From an uncultured Solirubrobacterales bacterium (GTDB taxonomy: Bacteria; Actinomycetota; Thermoleophilia; Solirubrobacterales; JBBDJG01): a stretch of 64,000 bases of DNA. This document shows positions 20,103 to 29,538 of the stretch, piece after piece; position 1 is the stretch's first letter; each line of letters begins with the position of its first letter. The stretch is from positions 76,848 through 140,847 of the forward strand of contig CAWGVJ010000005.1 in assembly GCA_963826005.1 (NCBI GenBank), given 5' to 3'. Made by a program: the position numbers and the translations under genes. The notes beneath the pieces were generated by a model. The model was given only the letters and a program-made list of their open reading frames with translations, had not been told where the DNA came from and made no database searches.

Positions 20103-21783
20103 CAGGAACGAGAGGCAGGGTCGCCGCAATCCTCGTCGGGCTCGCCGTGTGCGCGGGCTTCGCGCCCGGTACCGCGGGCGCCGCCGATCCGGGCAGGTGG
20201 GTCGAGACGGGCTATGACTCTGTCCCGCTCGAGTACTTCCAGGGCGTCACCTCGGATCCTCAGCGGAACCTCTTCTTCGACGGCCTCTTCCAGGGCCTGT
20301 ACCGCACGAACTCGGACCTGGTCGAGCAGGGTCGCAACAACGCCGCGATCCCGCTCGACGTGAACCAGCGCGAGAAGTACAACCACATCGGCGACATCAC
20401 GTGGGACCGCCGCGAGGGCGGCCGCGTGCTGCTGCCGCTGGAGTGCTACCTGCCGATCATCGGCAACTTCTGCGGAACCGGGTCGGTCGGGGTCGCCGAT
20501 CCCGCGACGCTGCAGTGGCGCTACTACGTGAAGCTCGACCCCGCCTTCATCGACAAGGTCATGTGGAACGAGACCTCACCCGACGGCAAGCTGCTGTGGA
20601 CGTCGAATGGCGCGCGTCAACGGCGGCCACGATCTGCTCGCCTACGACATGGACGAGATCACGGCAGCGAACGCCGCTCCCGACGGTCCGCTGCTGCGAC
20701 CCGTGCGCGTGCTGCACGGACGCCGTCCCGCCCAGCGGCATCACCGGGGCCGTCTTCTACAAGGGACGGCTGCTGCTCGCGGGACAGGGTGGCGGGCCGT
20801 TCCGCGTGTGGTCCGTCGACCTCACCGACGGCTCCCGCCAGCTCGAGATCGAGAAGACGATCGTCGGCGAGTCCGAGGGCCTGGACTTCATCAACGTGCG
20901 CGGCGGCAAGCTGCACTGGCTGATCACGCCCCTGCTCGGCGGGGGCATGCCGACCTACGGCTCCACCAGCGCCCTTGTCCACTTCAACCCGGTCAAGCAA
21001 CCGAAGGTCAAGTGCGGCGACGTGATCACGAAGAGCGTGCGGCTCGACGCCGACGTGGTCTGTCCCGACGGCACGCCCGCGGCGGTCACGATCGCAGCCG
21101 ACCACGTGACGCTGAACCTCGCCGGCCACACCATCAGCAATGGGCGCACCGACGACGGAGACACCGTGGCGGTGAAGACCGCCGGCCCGGTCACCGATCT
21201 GGAGATTCGCAACGGGTCCATCCAGGCGGGTGACAAGGCGATCAGCGTCGAGGCATCCGACAGCGAGCTGGAGCGCCTCACGGTCGACGGCCACGTGTTC
21301 GCGCTCGGAGTGACCGGTGACGGGAACGAGGTCGAGCGCATCACCGCGCATAGCTCGGTACAGATCGGGCACATCGACGGAGACCGAAACGAGATCGAGC
21401 GCAGCAGCTTCAAGGGCTGCGGGTCGTCGGGGCTGAGCGTCCACGGGGACCGGGTCGACGTCGAGCGCAACGCCTTCGTCGGGTGCGCGCTGGTCGTCGT
21501 CGGCACGGGCTCGGAGATCGAGCGCAACGACGTCACGAACACCGCGGAGGTCGGCATCGGCGTCTCCGACACGAAGGCCCGCGTCAGCCGCAACTACGCG
21601 GCGAACAACTCGAGCACCGGCATCGAGCTGTTCGAGCCCGGGGCCCGCGTCTCGAGGAACACGGCGAACGACAACGGCGACTGGGGCATCAAGGCCGTGC
21701 TTGGCACGATCGACGGCGGCAGGAACCACGCGCGCGGCAACGCCCAGCCGGCGCAGTGCCTGAACGTGACCTGCCGGCCTTAG
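20099..21783 (+). CDS. Secreted protein with beta-propeller-like N-terminus and right-handed beta-helix C-terminus (frameshifted about 20615-20720)
   Basis: Signal peptide, YNHIGD, ESEGLD, CGDVITKSVRLDAD, LNLAGHTI, repeated RNxAxxN turns. Confidence 0.7.
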
Positions 21784-21862
21784 CGCCATTTTGAGATGCG
21801 TCGGCGTACCCGGGCCGCCCGGTCCTGGTCGGGTTGCGCGGCTGCGGTATGTTCCGCGCACG

Positions 21863-22093
21863 GTGACTGATGTCGAGCGGCTCATACAGACCGTGAACTC
21901 GGTTGGCGTGACGCTTCAATGCCCGTCGTGTGGGCATGAAGAGTGGGCTCCCCTCGAGACGAGCGTTGTCTTGCCGTCGTCGGGGCCACAACCGGCGTCT
22001 GAGGCTCGTGGTCCCGAATGCCTCGCCCTCGCTTGTAAGCGCTGCGGCTTCGTGAGACTGCACTCGGCACAGGTGCTGGAAGAGTCGCCGTAA
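21863..22093 (+). CDS. Small zinc-ribbon protein
   Basis: CPSCG ... CKRCGFVRLH; TATGTT -10-like box 9 nt before GTG. Confidence 0.6.
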   Translation: MTDVERLIQTVNSVGVTLQCPSCGHEEWAPLETSVVLPSSGPQPASEARGPECLALACKRCGFVRLHSAQVLEESP

Positions 22094-22506
22094 CGAGTTA
22101 CCGCGGCTTGTCGGGTCAGGTGCTCGCTGGGAACGGCTTTAGCAAGCCGCAGTCACTAGCGCGTGGGATCGCCGCTACGAGACTGGCGAGGACACTCTCA
22201 TCCTCTGGCGTGCACTTCTCTCCGAGCCTCACCATCGGGGCTGTCGGGCTTACGGTCTGCTCGAGCACGTAGAGGTCACGTCATGATCAAAGGCGCACGC
22301 AACTCATGCTCTCAGCGCGCGACTGCCGGCCGGCGAAGTCCTGGCGCCGGGCCCGCGCCGCGTCAGAGCTTGGTCGACCTAGCGGCGATCAGCGAGTTGG
22401 TCGCGAAGGATCGCTGGCCGGGTGCGACGATCAGTCACTAGCTCTCGTAAGCGGCAGGCGGGGCTCGCCCGTCAGTGTGGCTCCCCTGCGGGATACTGCG
22501 CGGGCG

Positions 22507-22921
22507 ATGTCGCAGGAGAACGTGGAGATCGTCAAGGCCGCATACGACGCGTACAACCGCGAGGACTGGGATGCCTTGGCCAAAGACGCGGCTCCGGGCT
22601 TCGAGGTGGACCTCTCGCGGGCAGTCGGTCCTTGGCGCGGCGTCTTCGGACTTGATCAGGGTCTGCGAGTCGTGGCGGAATTCCGCGAGACCTGGGAATC
22701 CGCTCGGTGGGATCCCCACGAATTCATCGAAGCCGGTGATCTCGTAGTGGTGCCCTCGACCCAGCACGATGAAGGGGCGTGGCGGGATCGAGGTGGTTGC
22801 TGGTGCCACCTTTGTATGGACAATCCGCAACGGAGCAATCGAGCGGGTTTCCATGTATCAGGAGAAGGAGGACGCACTCGAAAGCCTGGGGCTGTCGGAG
22901 CAAGACGCTCACAGCTCGTAG
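22507..22921 (+). CDS. SnoaL/NTF2-like protein (MSQENVE type), frameshift about 22768
   Basis: MSQENVEIVKAAYDAYNR, EFIEAGDLVVV, WTIRNGAIER, ALESLGLSE. Confidence 0.8.
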
Positions 22922-23257
22922 CAACGCTCAGCCACGGGGAGGGAAATCGTGACTGGCGGGGTCAGATAGAGGCTGGTGCTTCTTGAAGGCACCCGTCCCA
23001 TCGCTTGCTTCAAGGGTGACGTGACGACCGGGCTCGCCTTCCAGGGCGAAGCGGAGTGGATCGCGGCTGCGCTCCACCTTCCCATTCGGCTCTGCCATGA
23101 GTGCGGAGCGTGCGGGCGCGCAGGTCAGCGATGTCGCCAGGGGCGAGCTGCCTTGCTACGCGCAGCGCGACTGAACTCCCCGTCGCGTTTGCAATCCGTT
23201 TGCAAGCGGGCGGTCCCGAGCAGCGCGGCCGGTCCCTGTTCGGCTCTGTAGAGCGGC

Positions 23258-23579
23258 CTAGTACCCGAGCGCGAACTTCGCGTCCTCGGACATCTTCTCC
23301 GGGGACCACGGTGGCGAGAAGACCATCTTGGGGAGCACCTTCTCGACGCCCTCCACCTCGCTCACGAACTCCTTCATCTGCTCGCGTCACCTGCGGCCCG
23401 ATCGGGCACCCGGGTGAGGTGAGCGTGAAGGTGATGTGTACGTCGCTGCCCTCCAGCTCGACGTCGTACACGAGGCCGAGCGAGACGAAGTCGAGCCCGA
23501 GCTCCGGGTCGATCACGTTCTCGAGCGCCTCCCAGACGTCGTCGCGGTCCGGCACGGCCTGTGTGGCTTCTTCTGCCAT
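23258..23579 (-). CDS. DUF59/SufT-like metal-sulfur cluster assembly factor (frameshift about 23385)
   Basis: VIDPELG, LGLVYDV, TLTSPGCP, FSPPWSPEKMSEDAKFALGY. Confidence 0.9.
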
Positions 23580-23615
23580 GGGGCGATTGTAGTAGAACGC
23601 TCCTCGGTACCCTGC

Positions 23616-24116
23616 GTGACCGTGTTCCTGCTGCTGATCCTGCTCTTCATCTTGGTGCCGATCGCGGAGATCTACGTGATCATCCAGGTCGGCCAGGCGA
23701 TCGGCGCCCTGCCGACCATTGCGCTCCTGATCGTGGACTCGATCATCGGCGCCTGGCTGTGGCGATCGCAGGGCCGCCGCGCGTGGGCGGCGTTCGGCGA
23801 GGCCCTGCGCGCCGGCCGCGTGCCACACCGCGAGATCCTCAACGGCGGGCTCGTGATCGTGGGCGGAGCCTTCCTGCTGACCCCGGGCTTCATCTCCGAT
23901 GTCGTCGGGCTCCTGCTCCTGATCCCGCCCACCCGCGCGGTGATCGCGCGCGGCATCACCCGCCTGCTGCTGCGCCGCGGGCCGCTGCGGTGGACCACGG
24001 TGGTCATGCCTCCCGGCGGGCCACCGCCTCCGGGCGGACGTCCGCCCCCACCCCGCCCGCACGCCGAGCCGGTCGAGCCCGAGTCCCCGCCGCAGCTGGA
24101 GCCGCCGCGCCCATGA
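23616..24116 (+). CDS. fxsA: FxsA family membrane protein
   Basis: VPIAEIYVII, FLLTPGFISDVVGLLLLIPPTR. Confidence 0.9.
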   Translation: MTVFLLLILLFILVPIAEIYVIIQVGQAIGALPTIALLIVDSIIGAWLWRSQGRRAWAAFGEALRAGRVPHREILNGGLVIVGGAFLLTPGFISDVVGLLLLIPPTRAVIARGITRLLLRRGPLRWTTVVMPPGGPPPPGGRPPPPRPHAEPVEPESPPQLEPPRP

Positions 24117-24870
24117 CCGAGCCCGACCCCGATGCCGTCGCGTTCGACCTGTGGGCACCTGACCGCAAGCTCTTCGCCGCTGTCAGGGTCGACCGCCGCG
24201 GGAGTGGCGACCCGGTCGTTGCCGCGTTCGTCGCGATCGATGACGACGTGACGACAGGCGCGCGGCGAGATCGGCGACTCGCGGGTGCGGGTAGAAGCCG
24301 GCGACACGCGCATCGAGTGCGAGCTGCGCTCGCTCTCCCCGCCCGTGGACCTGTCCACGCCCGCGACCGCGACGATCGCGCGCGCCGCCGGCCTGCGCCG
24401 GCACGCCCAGCTGTACGAGGTGGAGGGCACGCTCACCGCCGCCGGCAAGGCCACGTCGCTGCGCGCGACGGGGGTGCGCGCGCACGCATGGGGCGAGCCG
24501 GCCGAGGCCCGGCGACGGCGCTTCGTGACCGCCGCGACCGCCGAGCACAAGCTCGTGACGGTGATGGCCGTGCGACCCGACCCGGACACGCCGCACGGAG
24601 AGGAGCTGGTGGCCGGCTACGTCGTCGATCCCGGATCCGACGAAGCCGCCCCGTTCGAGGAGGTGCGGCTGTCGACGATCTACGGCGCCGACGCGCTGCC
24701 GTCGCAAAGCGGGCCTCGAGCTGTATCGCCCCGGTGACGAGCTGCCTGCGCGACTGTCGGGAGAGGCCGTCCTCGGCGCTGCGCTCGGCACCGTCTCGAT
24801 CAGCTTCTTCCGCTGGACGCTGGTGGGCCAGCCTGCGTGGGGCACCTACGAGGTGGAGCCCGCGGCGTGA
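24113..24870 (+). CDS. Hypothetical protein (frameshifted)
   Basis: ATGA overlap with fxsA; coding-like frames including EVRLSTIY. Confidence 0.6.
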
Positions 24871-25539
24871 ACGCTCTCTCGCCCGACGGCATCCGCGCCG
24901 TGATCAGCGACTTCGGCGGAGTGCTCACGAACCGCCTGATCGAGGCCTTCGCCGCGTTTCAGGACGAGACCGGGATCTCGATGGAGCAGCTCGGCCGCGC
25001 CATGCAGCGCGTCGCCGAGCGCGACGGCGAGTACCCCCTCTTCACGCTCGAGCGCGGCGAGGTCACCGAGCAGGAGTTCCTCGACAGCCTCGCCTGGGCA
25101 CTCGAGGCGGAGCTGGGGCACCGCCCCACCCTGCACCGCTTCCGCGAGATCTGGTTCGAGGCCCTGCACGCCAACGAGCCGATGCTGGCGTTGATGCGCG
25201 AGCTGAGCGAGCGCGGCTATCGCATGGCGATCCTCACCAACAACGTGCGCGAGTGGGAGGAGCTGTGGCGCTCGAAGCTCCCGGTCGACGAGATCTTCGA
25301 GCTGGTCGTCGACTCCGCCTGGGTCGGGATGCGCAAGCCCGATCCGGACATCTACCACCTCACGATCAAGCGGCTGGACGACACCCTCTCGCCACCGCAA
25401 TGCCTGTTCGTCGACGACAACGAGGGCAACGTCGACGCAGCCCGGGAGCTGGGGATGAAGGCCGTGCAGTTCCTGTCCAACGAGCAGGCGATCCCCGAGA
25501 TCAAGAGAACGACCTGGGGTTGGACGGCTATCGCGCTAG
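24867..25539 (+). CDS. HAD-family phosphatase (end approximate)
   Basis: ISDFGGVLT, ILTNN, RKPDPDIY, FVDD. Confidence 0.9.
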
Positions 25540-25991
25540 TTGTCGCCGCCGATGCGGTCGTCGACGTAGATCTGGAGCGCCTTCGCGCAGAGGTGATCGA
25601 GCCGCTCCTGCGAGAGCCACGGGAGCACGATGTCGAGCGCCTCTTCCTCGCCGACGCCGGCCAGGAACGCCTCGTCCCCGCGGAAGCGCGCGGCCAGCTT
25701 CAGCACCTCGCGCCTGTGCTCGCCGAGCCCGTCGAACACCCCGACCAGGAACTCGGGGCTTGCCACGGGCGTGCCGACCTCGAGGGTGGCGTGCCATGCG
25801 GCGAGCATCGAGAGGTCCTCGTGGTCGAGGTCGCTGACCGCCTTCGCGTAGTGCTGGGCCAGCTCGTGCTCGGGGATGTCGTCGACCCATGACTCGATCA
25901 CGGCCGCCAGCAGCGCGCGCCGCGCCTCGCGGCCGATGGACTCCGCGATCACGCGGATCGCCTCGGCAGGCTCCATGAAGCAAAGAGACAT
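25536..25991 (-). CDS. Hypothetical protein
   Basis: Acidic ORF with typical codon usage; CATACT -10 box 7 nt before ATG. Confidence 0.6.
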   Translation of the reverse strand: MSLCFMEPAEAIRVIAESIGREARRALLAAVIESWVDDIPEHELAQHYAKAVSDLDHEDLSMLAAWHATLEVGTPVASPEFLVGVFDGLGEHRREVLKLAARFRGDEAFLAGVGEEEALDIVLPWLSQERLDHLCAKALQIYVDDRIGGDN

Positions 25992-26080
25992 GGGCGCAAG
26001 TATGGGAAGGACGCCCGACGGAACGGCTCCGGACAACCACCGCCGACCTCGCCGGACGGCTCTCGCTCTATATAGAGGCG

Positions 26081-27224
26081 CTATCGCGCACAGGGCCCGG
26101 TATCCACCGGACCGTCCGCCTTGCGCAGGGCCGATCGCACGATCCCCGGCGGTACGCCGAAGCCCCCCCGGGATCCAGATGTGGTGGCGGCGAACACCGT
26201 GGCGACCACCGCTCCGGTGTCGTCCACCGCGGGCCCGCCCGAGTTCCCGGACCTGATCAGTCCCCGCAGGGCGGTCATGCGGCGCTGCACCGGTCCCGCG
26301 CCATATGCGTCCTGGCTGATCACGGTGCGGGTCGCGCCGAGCCGGCCAGGCTCCGCCCGGAAGGGCCCGTTGTGCGGATACCCGAGGATCGCGACCTGCT
26401 CGCCGACGACGCCCTGCATGCGCAGATCGAGCGGTGGCGCGGCGAGGCCCGGCACCCGCAGCACCGCGACGTCGTTGTGGGGGTCGAACGCGATCGCCTG
26501 GGCGTCGAGCTCGTCCCCGCCGTCGAGCTTCACGGTCGTGTCGTCCTCGCCCGCGACGACATGGGCGTTGGTGACGACCTCCTCCGGCGCCGCGACCCAC
26601 CCCGAGCCCTGCACCGCCAGACCGCAGGCCACGCCGAGCACCCGCACGACGCTGTCGTGGGCGGCCTTCACGTCGCGGTCGCGCAGGATGCGGCGGTTCG
26701 GGGGCGGCACGTCCGCCTCGGGGCCGGAGATCCGAGGGAACGGATCCACGCGCGCGAGCGCGTTCAGAATCGGCCCCGACGGCGGCAGCGCCGCGTTCAG
26801 CTTCCGGAGGATGGCCGAGCGCTGTATGTCCTTGCGGTACTGGCGCGCTCCCGGAGTCTGGAGCGCCACGGCGCCCATGATCCAGACCAGCCCCAGTCCG
26901 AGCGTCGCGACCAGCACCGCCCCGCCGATGCCGTCCAAGACGTCGGCACCCGAGAACGCGAGCCGTCGCCTGATCCCGACCCCCACGGCCTCGAACACGA
27001 TCGCCGCGAGGCCGCCGATCATGAGCGCGGTCACGAGGCTGAAGAGCGGCGCGTAGGGCGAGCTCGACCCCTGGTCGAGCAGCAGGGGTGCGAGCCGGCT
27101 GCCGACGAACGCGCCGCCCACGAATCCCGGCCAGGGACAGCCCGCTGATGATGAGACCCTGGCCGTAGCCCCACAGAGCCATCAGCGCTATGAACCCGAT
27201 GATGATCCAGTCGACCGCCGTCAT
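26081..27224 (-). CDS. MarP-family membrane serine protease (CvpA + trypsin domains), frameshift about 27125
   Basis: N-terminal TM helices; GSGW, VTNAHVVAG, DVAVL, GNSGGP. Confidence 0.9.
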
Positions 27225-27276
27225 GCGGCTCCCTTTTTCGCGCATCGTGCGCGTTGTGATCTATAAAGTGCACTCC

Positions 27277-27633
27277 ATGGAGGGATCCAGCGCTCCCACG
27301 CAGACCATGCACCGCGATCCGGCCACTGTCCGCGTCACCCGCGCGGGCATCCTGATCGCATCGCTGGGCGCGCTGCTGGTCGCCTTCAACCCCTTCGGGC
27401 TCGCGGTCGCCGGCCTCGTGCTGGGCGTGGCGGGAGCGATCATCGCCGCTCGCGGCGGGCTCGGGCACAACTGGTACTGGGCGCTCGCGGCGGGCGCCGC
27501 GCTGATGGTGCTCTCGCGAATGATCGCCGAGGGGGCGCAGACGCTGGGCGGCTGGCTTGCCGTGATCGGGGCGCTTTGCATACTCTTGGCGGCGTCGCTC
27601 GGCTACCCCCTTGCGAGCGACCTGGAGGAGTAG
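27277..27633 (+). CDS. Small multi-pass membrane protein
   Basis: Four hydrophobic segments. Confidence 0.7.
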   Translation: MEGSSAPTQTMHRDPATVRVTRAGILIASLGALLVAFNPFGLAVAGLVLGVAGAIIAARGGLGHNWYWALAAGAALMVLSRMIAEGAQTLGGWLAVIGALCILLAASLGYPLASDLEE

Positions 27634-27639
27634 GACAGG

Positions 27640-28208
27640 TCAGACGTCGAGCGTGATCCGGGCGGGCTCCTTCTGGCCCTCGACCGGGATCTCCAGGACC
27701 AGCGGCAGGTTGTCGGTCGCCGATTCCTCGGTCAGGCGGAACAGCACGAGCGCCCCGGACGTCGGGCTGAATGACGCCGGCGAGCCCGGCCGGCGGCGCA
27801 TCGTCCCCGGGCGGGATCGGAGTCCCGAAGTCGAGCCCGAAACCGCTCTGCACCGTGTCGAGCGGCAGGTACTCGTTGCCCTGGGTGTCGACCACCCTCA
27901 TGTCGCGCGGAGGCGTGTAGGGCTTGTCGCCGTCGTTCTCGATCTTCAGGAACACGCCCAGATAGGTCTCACCCGCCGGCAGCGGCGCCTGCCCGCGAAC
28001 GAACACGTCGTCGGGGCGCTGCTGCGGATTCACCAGACGGGTGAGCTGGACCTGGTAGTCCACGTCGTCCGCCCACGCTGATGAACTCGCCCTCCGCCCC
28101 GGACGTCTTCTCCTCGTCGGCGCCGCAGGCCGTCAGCGCGAGGGTGGCGGCAAGCGCCGCCGCGACCAGCGCGGCGGGGAGCCACCGAAGCTTGCGCACC
28201 CGGTCCAT
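27640..28208 (-). CDS. Lipoprotein, DUF4352-like (frameshifted)
   Basis: Lipobox LTAC; YQVQLTR, VVDTQGNEY. Confidence 0.7.
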
Positions 28209-28221
28209 CGAGCGCGGAAGT

Positions 28222-28713
28222 CTATCCAGCCGCCGGTCTGACCGCGTGGGCCGAAGCGGTCCCATCCTCGAGCGCCCGGGCCATCCGGCCGAGCCCCCTG
28301 CGCAGCTTGCGGCGCAGCCAGCCGCGCATCCCGAGCGACTCCTTCAGGCGGTCGACGGCGTTGTGGGGCCGGGTCTCGAACCGGTATTCGACGCGAGTCA
28401 TGTCGTGATCGGCCGGCACCAGCCGGTACTCCGCCCGCGTCGCGATCCGGCCGATGCGGCCGCTGCGCCCCTCCAGCACGATCAGGTGGGGAGGGTCGAG
28501 CTCCGTGATGGCCGCGTCACCCCACACCCCGGCGAGCGGAAACGCCATCCGCCAGCTCGCCGAGGCGCCGACCCCGCTGGAGTTGAGCCGCCCCAGACGG
28601 AAGTCGCGCAGGTAGTGATCGGAGAACTCCGCGTGGTTGGCGACGTCCGAGAGGTACTCGAACACCCGCTCACGCGGGGCGTCGATCGTGCGGGAGACGG
28701 CGATCGAGCGCAT
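28222..28713 (-). CDS. SRPBCC family protein
   Basis: IDAPRERVFEYLSD; C-terminal amphipathic helix. Confidence 0.85.
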   Translation of the reverse strand: MRSIAVSRTIDAPRERVFEYLSDVANHAEFSDHYLRDFRLGRLNSSGVGASASWRMAFPLAGVWGDAAITELDPPHLIVLEGRSGRIGRIATRAEYRLVPADHDMTRVEYRFETRPHNAVDRLKESLGMRGWLRRKLRRGLGRMARALEDGTASAHAVRPAAG

Positions 28714-28957
28714 GCGGTCGCGCATTGTACGTGGCCTGGGCGCCGCCACCACTGTCACCACTTGCAGGCGGTTCGTGCCGCCTTCGCAAAAGAGGCCCGT
28801 ATTTGCGTCATTTGACAACGTGTTCAGCGCGACCCGCTACTGATCGGGCATTTTCTTAGTTAGAATTCTCACAAGTTCTGAGGGAGCCACACGTTGGCCC
28901 GCGCTTGAATCATTGGGTCTGCACGGACGCACGCTGTCAGGCAACCGAGGAGGGCCG

Positions 28958-29521
28958 ATGGACACGTACACGACCGGCACGCTCGCAGGAGCGGGGTCGT
29001 TCCGTTGCGAGGAGTGCGGCTTTCACGTTGCCCTCCGAATCCTCGACCTCATCCCGGAGTGCCCGCACTGCGGTCAGTCCAAATTCGTGCGTACGTCGAT
29101 GTTCGATGTCGCCGAGGACGACCGGAGCGATCTGCACGACGAGGACGTCGCCTGGCTCGAAGGCGTCCGCGACGGGATCGCCGGCCGGGGCCACTATCTC
29201 GCCTTCCGTGACGGCGGCAGCGTCTCGGTGATACCGGTGACGCAGGAGTGGACCCGTATCGGGCGCAGCCTCACGGCAAACATCCGGCTCGACGATCCGA
29301 CTGTCTCGCGCCGTCACGCGCTCGTCTGCAAGCAGGCGGGCCGCGTGCGCGTGCTGGACGACCGCTCGCTGAACGGCCTGTTCCTGAACGGCGAGCGGGT
29401 CGAGTGGCATGACCTCGTCGACGGCGACGAGCTGATCGTCGGCCGCTTCAAGCTGCACTTCGTCGACACGACCAGCAGCGGCGCCCGCGTCGGAACACAG
29501 GCAACTCCCGCCGCCGCCTGA
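28958..29521 (+). CDS. Zinc-ribbon + FHA domain protein
   Basis: CEECG...CPHCG; FHA motifs IGR, VSRRHA, SLNG. Confidence 0.9.
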   Translation: MDTYTTGTLAGAGSFRCEECGFHVALRILDLIPECPHCGQSKFVRTSMFDVAEDDRSDLHDEDVAWLEGVRDGIAGRGHYLAFRDGGSVSVIPVTQEWTRIGRSLTANIRLDDPTVSRRHALVCKQAGRVRVLDDRSLNGLFLNGERVEWHDLVDGDELIVGRFKLHFVDTTSSGARVGTQATPAAA

Positions 29522-29538
29522 CGCGTCGAGGCGCGGTA

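Noticed and set aside
25536-27245. Apparent 569-aa ORF joining the MarP N-terminus to a downstream protein
   Set aside because: Frameshift artefact; these are two separate genes.
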